Shown: one piece after another, positions 54,016 through 64,000 of the stretch | Layout of the letters: each line of letters starts with the position of its first letter | Numbering within the stretch: the first letter of the stretch is position 1 | Program-made: the position numbers and the translations under genes | The notes under the pieces: generated by a model | Database searches by the model: none | The model's input: only the letters and a program-made list of their open reading frames with translations | What the model was told of the DNA's origin: nothing | NCBI RefSeq assembly: GCF_009834535.1 | Contig: NC_045707.1 | Location: forward strand, 45,696,001 to 45,760,000 | Direction: 5' to 3' | DNA length: 64,000 nt | Source of the DNA: Camelus ferus | Lineage: Eukaryota

Positions 54016-54143
54016 GGGGAAGGATAAAGCTCAAGTGGTACAGTGCATGCTTACTAGCATGCACAAGGTCCTGGGTTCAATTCAATTTTTTCTGTTACTA
54101 AAAATAAATAAATAAATAAACCTAATAACCCCTCCTCAAAAAA
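54016..54143 (+). mobile_element. vic-1-type SINE
   Basis: ggggaaggataaagctcaagtggta…ggtcctgggttcaat… with A-rich tail and imperfect flanking repeat (a.cagatca). Confidence 0.8.
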
Positions 54144-55946
54144 AGCAGATCAAACTGGAAAAATAGAAATTGATTAAAATTAGTCTTTCAAAATTAAAAA
54201 GTTATCACCCTAGAGAGCATTGAATAAAACTGATATAATATTATGAAGGTATTTCCCCAAACTGGTGTGATAAAAATAATATAAAAAAGATCAGAATGAC
54301 TAAACTCTAATAATTCTTCTTCTGTAAAGTTATAGATTAAGAGGAAAATTACCAAGTTTTTCCATAATTCTTCTAAATTAAAAGAAAAAAGGAGTTGGTA
54401 AACTAAGCAATTTAAAACAAAAGTATACTCTAAGCATTATTATTTAAGAATCTAATAGTCAGGTACAACACAAGATTTCTTTCTTGAAATTTAGCTAACT
54501 ATTTCTCAGTGGTAAACTAGGCCCACCCTAAGATACTGCTCCTAAGAGCTTCATTATGGGTAAGTCCCAGAATTTCTGGCAACCGGCAGAATCACTTGTA
54601 GCACAAGGATCTCCACTATTCATATAAAGCGGAACCAAGTTTTTCCTCAGGACAAAAAATAAATTTCCTTAGATTATTAAAAAACAAAATCCCCTATGGA
54701 ATACAAAAATTTACTCACTTGAAGTGCTAAGTTACAGGAATTCCAATATGTTTCTTAACACCAAAGACATACTAGATTCATCATGTAATTTCCTTTGTCA
54801 GACAGCAGCATAAATTGAGTTTTTCCTACATTTTCCCTAAATAATGTCTATAAACTATGTCAGTGCATAGGAGCTACAGGTTTTAAAAAAACAATATACT
54901 CCTGAAAATATCACTCTTTGAAAATATTATCACAACACAAAACAGAGGAGACTGAACATTTTGGAAAGCAACCCCTTTAAAGAGGTAGTCTGTAAATAAA
55001 GTATTAAGGAGACAAGGATGCTTTCCAGGAGGCCAACAGGAATTTGCCAGAATCTTATTAAGGTGGAGAGGGGGTACATCCTCAGGCTAGAAATCAGCAG
55101 CATCAGTGACTTGCTTGTGTTAATGGCACCCATAATCTCTATACAAACTGATAAAAGGAATTCTCTGCAAAGTTGGAGGTGAGGCCTTGGACTAAAGGGA
55201 TCCCACTCTGACATCATCTCTTTTAGTTGCAACAAGAATAGAAAAAGATAAATACAAAAAATTGAAAGGGTAATTCCTTAAAAGGTACAGCATTTCTTTT
55301 TTTAGACATCATGAGGAAATCTTAAAATTAACTACTGAATATACATAGGAACAAGAAAACATAAGATGTTATAACTCAAGTACTTTTGAAACTACTTTTT
55401 AGTTCCAAACCCCAGTACACATCAATTGCATGAATTCAATTCGTTTTTTTATTCAGAATGTGTATCTCTGTGTTAAGACTGGTATAAACAAAAATGAAAT
55501 ACAAACAACTTGTTATTAATGTAATAGCTGCAGTTATTAACTGCGAGAATACAGTAAAAAGGAGTCTTACTAAATGTTAATGTTCTTGCAACAGAATTAT
55601 CCCAGTCATTTTATGATAGCAAATTCTGGCAAGAAATGATAAATTCATTTGTTATTAAAGGTACTTAAAGAATTTCCAGAATGATCAGTTGTGCTGCAAA
55701 TAAAACAGCAGTTTATTCAAAAGAGCCCTCACCTTTCTCCTATCTTCCTAAAAGATCTGCCATTTATAGGTAACTGCTATTTTTGGATCAGATGTTCAAA
55801 CCTGGGTTCTTCCTGTAAATTCACATCTTAACTTTACATATACTAAACTTACACTCATTTTCCCTTTCCAGTGGAATATCTAGTCTTGAAGCTAAAATAC
55901 TTTCATAAAAAGAATAATTTAAAATCCTTCATGTAAATCTTGGTTC

Positions 55947-56461
55947 TTACTTTTCTTCTATCTCATTTTTATTTCCTTGCATTATTTGTTCTTCCTCCTC
56001 ATCACCAAAAGTCTGTTCCTGCATGGTGGTAAAGGAGAGGGATCTAGCAGCCACTTCTGCAGCGAGGCCAGCAGTGAAGGTAAAATCCGGCGACAGGTGT
56101 AGCTGTGCCAGCCTCTGCTTGATGGAGGGCTGTGATGAGTCCCTGGGGGTTGGGTGGGCAGGGGCCAGGCCACCTACATCTGCCTGCTGAGATTCATCTT
56201 CGCCCTCAAATTGGTAATACATTCTTTCTTCAGCTCCTTGGAGGAAGACTTCATTTGTAGAACTGTCTTTATTTTTACCTTCTAGAGGGTTTTCACATAG
56301 ATACTCAGTCCTACTACTTATTTCATTGTCAGTTGTGGAGGGTTTACTATTTTCCTCTTCAGCATCATTTTTACCAACTTTCCCCATATCTGAATCCACT
56401 GATGGTTCTGAATTACTTATGGGTTCCACTGGGTCTACAGGAGACAAGGATTTCAACACAG
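55947..56461 (-). CDS. VEZT: Vezatin, last coding exon ((A)[13 protein letters not shown]…[36 protein letters not shown]…IEEK*)
   Basis: Matches the recalled vezatin C-terminus. Acceptor poly(T)-cctttgaag at 56462-56463; phase 1 joins the preceding exon; TAA at 55947-55949. Confidence 0.96.
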
Positions 56462-56738
56462 CTTCAAAGGAAAAAAAAAAAAAAAGAAAGGAAAAGAAAA
56501 GAAAAATAATAACTAAAAACCCAGGATTGATTTAAACTTTAATTTAAACTCCCAGTAGCTTTTTTTCTTATTAAGAACAGTAAGTAAATAAAAGCTGAAT
56601 AAACTTTCTAGTAAAATCAATGTAAATTTATAAAACCAGAAAACATTATGAGATAAAATGCTTGAGTAATGAAATGAGATGGGGTTTTGATGAATATTTT
56701 AAGACACCTCATATAGTTTCTTATTCAAAATACTAAAG

Positions 56739-56919
56739 CACTGGTTCTCAAGGTGTGGTCCTTGAATCAACAGCATTAGTGCATCACCGAGGAATTCGGA
56801 AAAACGCAAATTCTTGAGCTCCACCTCGGACCTACCGAATTAGAAATTGAGAGGGGACTGGTTATGTTTCCCAAGCCCTCCACCGGATTCTGATACACAC
56901 TAAAGTTTGAGAACCACTG
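56739..56919. mobile_element. MER5A-type hAT DNA transposon
   Basis: Terminal inverted repeats cactggttctcaa… and …ttgagaaccactg. Confidence 0.8.
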
Positions 56920-57523
56920 TGTTAAAGAATAAGCAGCATGGTTTTCACTGATAATGTGTCAGATAAAAGGTCTAAGAATAATCCAGATAATAATCCTATC
57001 GTCAACACATATATATTTACAATTTAAAACAGCATGGAAAAAAAAAATGCAACATACAATTCAACTCACTTGCCAATCACCTAACAAGACCCTGATGACA
57101 GTAAAGCCATAACTTCTACACATTTTGTAATGCCACAGAAAAATATAAAATAAATAAAACCTGCATTCCAGGTCAACTATGGTACAAAGCGCAATACATA
57201 AATTTTACATCCATACGGCAGAAGTTGTCCTTTCAAGGAAAATGAAGTTTTATTTAGCCCCTCTTGATGTTAGTAGGCAGTGGGTTGCTTGCTAGGCAGT
57301 CTCTCCTCCCAGTATGAGGGGTTAGTACAATACAATATGTTATGAAGCATGACGGAAGAAAAAAAAAAGTGCGTCTTGAAGATCTGGCGTTTATTTAAAA
57401 AATAATTTTGTAAAATGTGTCCATTTCCAAGAAACAGATCCCTAAGCTGCAGTAACTCCACTAGAGAAGCAGCAACAACAGAAAAAAATGGCCACAGCAG
57501 GTTCCAGTGTAGAATTTCCCTCT

Positions 57524-57546
57524 CTAATTCCATTCGGACTTTACCC
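57524..57546 (-). CDS. VEZT: Vezatin alternative terminal exon, coding part ((G)VKSEWN*)
   Basis: Acceptor catctctgcctacag; phase 1 gives …SDH-GVKSEWN*, resembling the short human isoform ending as recalled (GVKSAWN). Confidence 0.7.
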
Positions 57547-59708
57547 CTGTAGGCAGAGATGAAAACAACTCTGGAAGATGTACTGAAATTTTTCATGGGA
57601 AAAGCATTTTATGGTATCATCAGGTTTTTAATTATTTTCACAAACTAAATCAGCATTATTGTCCTTTCAAATGTAAACTACCAAAAGCATATACCTGAAA
57701 AAGAAACACGTTTCTCTTATCGTTATATCTTTGCCTATACTGTAAGAGGATAATTTTAAAGCTATATGAAGAAAATACTAAATAAAAAAGGATACAAGTT
57801 TATACACAATGCTATTTTCAGACTTCATGTACAGTGTTAGTCTATAAATCTGCTAATTCTTAAAGAATGCAACATATATTTGACGTTGATAGATATTCTT
57901 GATTACTGTTAATTAAACGGGGTCACATAATCCAGAAAATGCATTACCTGACTAGTGCATTAACACTGTGCTAGAATATAAACCTCCAGGAGCGTGGGGA
58001 TTTCTTGATCTATGTGCTAGGGATAAAGCAGTAAACAGTATCTTAAATATCTACTTGTTGAATGAACACTTTGCTGAATGGATAGTGTGGGCCATAATAA
58101 AGCACCAATTTAAGAAGACTGTAATTTAATTACAAAAACAACAAAAAATTGATAGCATAGAAAACAATGCCTAAAACATAATACTCTTAATCTCTGATTT
58201 ACGTAGGCCCCATATATGAATAAGCAGGTTGCAGGAACTCTATTTTTACTGCTGCTTCTGGGAAGTTCCTCATCTACTATATGCTTTGCTGCTCAAGATT
58301 TCCTTTTATTCCACTACAGTGCCCCTCTGGTGAGAGGGTCTGTAGTGCAGGAGAGGTGGCAGGACTCATGGAGGAAAGACTGGTGGAGAGGACAGCTTGG
58401 TGGAGAAGACAGAATTCTTGGTAAAGGGATCGCCATGAATGTTTTTCATTAATAAAAACAGCAAGTTTGTGGAACCATTGTCTAATTAGATAGATATAAA
58501 TAGAGGAAAATATCTATATTAGACATAGTGGGAAATATAATTGGATATGATGGACATGATGGAGAGGCTTGAAACCAAGAAAAGTTTAGATTTAATACAA
58601 TAAGAAAGGGGGAACCACTGTAGGTTTTTAAGATAGAGAGGTATTATCAATGTGCTGTTTGAAAAAAATCTGGAAGTTAGCTTGCAAGGATAGAAGCTAT
58701 CCTAGAAGCTTGTAAGGTATTTTCTAAGAACAGCTTAGAAGAAAAAAGTATTGAAAATGCAAGTCAGCTAAGAGGCTATTATAATATATATAGCATAATC
58801 TTTTGAGGACTTGGGCTACAAAGGGTGCCACTGGGAAGAAGGAATACAAGAAATGTACATATGGACAAAGGAAGATGGTAGGACTCCTAAGAGAAGAAAA
58901 GAGAACCATGAGGAACTTTCCAGAGTATAGGTAATCTATATAATTCTAGTGAAAAAGAGAAAGGAAAAAGAAGTTGATTTTAAGGCTCCACATAGATACA
59001 TACTCTAAAATGGAAGGGAAATTCCACTCCACCTTCTTAGAAATCCATAGGAATTAATTCCTAAACTGGGAATTAGCCTGTTTGATATTGTCAAGCTTTC
59101 CCTCTTTCCCTCCCCTGCCTCCCATGAAGTTCAACGAAAGAAAAGAAGGGTGGGAAATATAAAGGAGTTTAAGGCTAATCTTTGGTCGTACCAAACACCC
59201 AACTTTGTCCAAATCCAGGCATGGAGACAGCATGTACAAAAGCACCTCATTTCCCCTTCTACTAGAGTGCTCAAATAAATTTAATAACCTAATGATACAG
59301 CTGAGGGCCTAGATCTCAATTCACTTGTTTTAATAGTGAACAGTTATTAATTCTGTGTTTTATTAAAGTAATTATAATATCAACATAAAGAGAACAGAGT
59401 TTAGAATCTCAAATTCACTAAATTTGAACACTCTAATTTATTCAACTCACTACTCATTCCAAAACAAATTCAGTAAAAAAAAATCAAATAACTGATGAAA
59501 AAAGTATGATTTCATATTCCCAATTTGATTATATATCTACTCTTTCATTGATCAAATTGATTTTGTGTCTAGAAGAAAAATACTATACTTACTGATGAAT
59601 CCCTAAAATTAAAACCGTAAGAATTCTACAGCTGAAATAAGATTCACAGTTCAACAGAAAAGAATCCCTTACATTCAAATAACCTTTTACTCTGAAGTCA
59701 GTGCTTAC

Positions 59709-59916
59709 CGTGATCACTAAATAGAAGTTGCTTCCACTTCTGCCTTTCTGCCTCTGATGCTTTAAATCCCAGCACAGATTTTAGTTCTTGGAGTACCCTC
59801 TTGGATTCTTCATGCTCACGCTTCTGTCTCTCTCTGTCTTCTTGAGACAAGTAATAAAAATCATCCTTTCTGAAATCACTGTCCATATCTATATCATCTA
59901 CATAAGCTTCTAATTC
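59709..59916 (-). CDS. VEZT: Vezatin penultimate exon ([15 protein letters not shown]…[13 protein letters not shown])
   Basis: Acceptor attttcag, donor G|gtaagc; 208 bp; recognised vezatin sequence. Confidence 0.96.
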
Positions 59917-60163
59917 CTGAAAATAAATAAAAGAAAACACAATGTACTTCAAGCAGACAATTTTCTAGTAGCACTCATTTCAATCTCCAAGACTGAAAAA
60001 TGAGGATTCTTGCCACAGGTCATTAAAGCACAGTTGGGCAAACAAAGCAAACATAGATAAAACTGAAATCTAAAAGAACTTACTTGATACTAAAAAGGGT
60101 TGTGGATAAGAAAGTTTAACAACTTCAATCATTATCATTCTACTCTGACACCATTAGCTCTGT

Positions 60164-60735
60164 CAAAACCAACCAAAATTAGCAGGGCTGGTGGTTTAGG
60201 GAGGTGGCCAGGTATGTTAGCTTTCTTTGGTAGACATTTGTAGTTCTTTCTGACTTCTCAGGAAGTTTAGACACTATTTCTAGGATTGGGGAACACCTCA
60301 TCTTATGGTTCTCCTTATCTCTAAGGCAGAGAGTAGGATCCTTGCTTACTCAGGTTTCTCTGCAGTTACGGTTCAGGAAAATGACCTGAGATCCTCTAAT
60401 CAGGTGAACCTGGATCAGATCTGATTCAGAAGTTTGTTGTAAAAGAAATAAGTGTCTTGAGGAATCCACTATAGCAAGGATGGTAGCAGATGAAGTTTCC
60501 AGAGGTAGAGGTTCTAAAAAGAGTTTTGTCTGTACCCAGTGACTTAGCAGTAATGTTGCTATTGGAACAGTTCTTTTGAGTGATTTTGGTTGTTCACCCC
60601 AGCCTGCTTCAAGCCCGATTACCTGGCCCTCTGAAATATTCTGTCAGTTATACCTAATGTTTTTAAACAAATTTCTTGTTTGTTAAACTTAATAGGATTG
60701 GTCTCCCTTTACAATTAAGAATACTGAGTAGACAA
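60164..60735 (+). mobile_element. MLT/MaLR-type LTR remnant
   Basis: Typical LTR 3' end (…aaatttcttgtttgttaaactt…caattaagaatactga…); boundaries approximate. Confidence 0.45.
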
Positions 60736-61243
60736 TATAACCCAAAGAAAAGAAGTTTTCCTCAGAATAAACAATTTGTTGTCAACATCTGATGAAATCA
60801 TTTTAAAAAAGTGTTTCTTAAAGTGAGGTATAACATACATACATGCAGCTAAATGCACAAATCTTAAGTGTACAGTATTTTTACATATGTACACATACTG
60901 GTAACCATCACTCTGATCAAGATTAAAAACATTTCCAGCATCCCAGAAGTTACCTTTGCCAATGCACTAATTTTTAATGTGCTTAATCACTTTTGAGTAT
61001 CTAAGAAACAGACAAATAGATATAAAGAACCAAAAAATTGGCTGGTAGATTCAATGGGTTCAAACTCAAGGCACTAAAAACTGATCTGATATAAATTCAA
61101 TGCATTATACTGTGATTTCGTAGCTCATTAAAAATACAAATTCAACAACTTATTCAACAATTATCCACGTCACTTACAGAAAAAGATAGGTAAGCTTTGT
61201 ACATGAAACTCTTCAGGAGAAAAAAAGCAATTTTCACCCTTAC

Positions 61244-61344
61244 CTGCTCCTCAGGGATTGGATCTTTATCTGCAATGTGTAGAGTAGGCTGCATCAAAGG
61301 TACCACAGTACAGTGTTGGTTTTCACATGCCATTTCAGGTTTGC
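61244..61344 (-). CDS. VEZT: Vezatin exon ((G)[33 protein letters not shown])
   Basis: Acceptor ttctttttttaag, donor CAG|gtaagg; 101 bp; phase 0 into the next exon. Confidence 0.93.
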
Positions 61345-61400
61345 CTTAAAAAAAGAATAGGCCACATAGAAATGAGTGAACATTTATTAAAATTAACAAG

Positions 61401-61526
61401 GGAGAGGGTATAGCTCAAGTAGTAGAGCAATGCTTAGCATGCATGAGGTCCTGGGTTCAATTCCCATACCTCCTCTTAAAAAAAATAAATTAAGTAGAAC
61501 CTAATTTACCCCCCCACAAAAAAATT
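61401..61526 (+). mobile_element. vic-1-type SINE
   Basis: ggagagggtatagctcaagtagtagag…ggtcctgggttcaatt; flanked by AAAATTAACAAG direct repeats. Confidence 0.85.
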
Positions 61527-62770
61527 AAAATTAACAAGAGTAACATCAGTAGATTTATAATTTAAATTATATCAAACTCTTCGGGGAAAAACTGTTTTTC
61601 CCCTCCTTCTTCACCTTACCATAGTATCTGGCACACAATGGATACTCTATATATTTGCTGTGAATAGTCAACTTTGTTTAAGGCACAGAAACAGTCTCAA
61701 GACAGACCATCACTCTTCCCTACAAAAAATAGACTTCAATCTTGCACTTCACTTACACTATTTTTATTCTCAGAAGTTAGAATCAGAAATGAGTTTCGTA
61801 AGTAAATAGCTTGAAAAGATCACCCAAGTGAGCCTAACTTTATTTAAAATTGGTGTTTGGCATCTAATATTGTAGCTACTCAGTCTCATATCCAGCTTTC
61901 TACCTTTTATCATTATCTCTGTACTTTACAGAAGTCAAGTTTAAGCCTCTCAACTTTTACCTTTCAAGAGTAATGATAGATAAATGGTTGGGACCAGAGT
62001 TTGGGGAGACTCTCAGCTGGTATGGGCTGGTGTGGTCAAAACAAGCTAGGCTGGGATGGGAAGAAGGTGTGAATCAGCAGAAATGTGACTTAGGAGACAG
62101 CCCGTAGGGTCAGGCGATTGGTTACATATAAAGGACTGAGTAAATAAGCAAGTATATTGAAGATAAAGAGAGCCAAGCTTCTCAAAATCACAAGAGGGGA
62201 GGAACAAATATAGAAAGAGGGAAGGCCAGAATAAACTATGTGGTATTGGAATAGAACTGGAAGTATTGGTATGAACAAGCTTATGACATATATGGACAGA
62301 TAGATAGAGAAATAGATATAGAAGTGTGTATGTGTATACATGCAGATATATTTCACAGCTCTGTACACTGAAAAGTGGTAAAAGTTATAACATCCCAGTG
62401 GCTATAAGCATACCTAGCACCCAGATCTTGGTTTCTTGGTTATTTTCTATTAAAAGGAATGAGGGCTTCTTGGAGATAATGCTGATGTTAGGGCTAGAGG
62501 CAAGAAAAGTATGAGACAAAGTAAAGAAGTGCTCAAAGAATGATGGTGACATGAACCACCTTGAATGTGCTCCCTCTGGTTAAACCCTGGACAACTTGAG
62601 CAACAATATAATAATAATAAATTATGATCTATTAAATGAAACAAGCATCCATACATCCATACTGATATAAAGAAGTAAATGAGTGGGAAAAGGGGATGCT
62701 TAACCTTACAACAGAGTGTCAGCTAGTAAGTGTAAAAGGAAAATGGAATTAGAAAATTACCATTGCCAGC

Positions 62771-62925
62771 AGGGAGGGTATAGCTCAGTGGCAGAGTGCA
62801 TGCTTAGCATGCAGGAGATCCTGGGTTCAATCCCCACCCCGTACCTCCATTACAAAATAATTGAATAGATAAATAAACCTGATTACCTCCCTGCCAAAAA
62901 TTAAAAATATTTTAAATAAATAAAA
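62771..62925 (+). mobile_element. vic-1-type SINE inserted in old L1 sequence
   Basis: gggagggtatagctcagtggcagagtgcatgcttagcatgc…gggttcaatcccc; AGAAAATTACCAT repeated on both sides. Confidence 0.85.
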
Positions 62926-64000
62926 AGAAAATTACCATGAGCAACCATCGCAGTAATACCCAATTCAAGCAAGAACTATCAATGAATGCTAAAATTAGTG
63001 GTTGAAAAAATATTAAGCTAATTTATTTTATTTTATTCATTTTGTTATACAATCTTATGAGTTTAGACAAATTCGACCCATATAACCACCACTACCACCA
63101 CAACCATGATATAGAACAGTTCCATCACCTCAAAATATTTACTTATGTGGCCTCTTTATACCCTATTCCTCCCTCCATATCAAACTCCTAGTAATGATTG
63201 ATATGTTTTCTGTTCTTACTAAATTTTATCATTTTGAGAATGTCATATAAATGGAATCAGTATGTAGTGATTTGAGTTTGGTCTCTCTTGATTAGCATAG
63301 TGCATCATCCATCTTATTGATGTATCAGTAGTTCATTTCTTTTTTATTTCTGAGTAGTATTCCATTGTATTGGATGGATGTAATGGTTTATCTACTTATC
63401 AGCTGAAGAACTCTAGGGCTGTTTCCTGATTTTGATGGTTATACTGAACGTCTGTTTTTCAAAAATGCAAACAGAAGTATTTAGGGGTAAAGGGTTTCAT
63501 GTCTGCATCTTACTCTCAAATGGTTCAGAATAATACCACAAAATTTTTATATACAGATACACAGAGAGATAAGGCAAATGTGGTAGAATGTCAACAACTA
63601 GGGGATCTGGATGAAGGGTACTTAGAATTATTCTTGTGATATTCCTATAAATTTGAAATAACTTTAAAAAAAAGAGATACATCTAACTAAAGCACTTGAT
63701 TCTTAAAAAATTCAAATGAACACTTTTATTTCAAGTTGTGTACCCAAAGATACTATGAGCATTTTAGTGAGAAAAGTTTGTGAATATTTGTATCTTAATT
63801 CATATCATTATTACCTATGAGCGAAAGCCACATGTACAGAGGATAATCAAGAAATGGTTCTTGCCCTGCCCAATGATTTGGAAACAAATTTAGTAATAAG
63901 GTTTAAGTGATTGACTAACATTCAACACCTCAGAGGGAGGGGTGAATGGGATGCATATTTAACACCCAGTCTTTAAGTGTTTCTATTTATAGAAAATGTA

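Noticed and set aside
53500..55946. Exact VEZT poly(A) site
   Set aside because: Several minus-strand AATAAA candidates lie in AT-rich sequence (e.g. ~55448, ~53600); I cannot choose between them from sequence alone.
62771..62845. tRNA-Ala-like sequence (also at 24958, 25085, 54016, 61401)
   Set aside because: These are SINE heads with A-rich tails, TSDs and broken stems, not tRNA genes.

Overview
Mammalian genomic DNA, most likely a camelid, judged from several vic-1-type tRNA-derived SINEs and young L1s. The locus is the 3' end of VEZT (vezatin) and the region downstream of it. On the minus strand are the last three VEZT coding exons, a short alternative terminal exon (GVKSEWN*), an intact MIR331 hairpin about 7 kb downstream, and a degenerate sequence resembling MIR3685. 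On the plus strand, converging on VEZT, are eight exons (9518-46249) of an unnamed C3orf20/FAM194-family gene. These have canonical splice sites but carry several nonsense and frameshift lesions, so this is a spliced pseudogene. Two structures stand out. First, two near-identical L1s lie tail-to-tail with swapped target-site duplications (TSDs), implying that the ~0.6 kb between them is inverted. Second, an apparently orphan CpG island (27570-28427) has the hallmarks of a retrotransposed non-coding transcript (AATAAA, poly(A), 19-bp TSD, splitting a MER5-like element) yet has kept its CpGs. The rest is ordinary interspersed repeat and microsatellite. Gene, miRNA and repeat-family identities come from recalled sequences, not from database searches.
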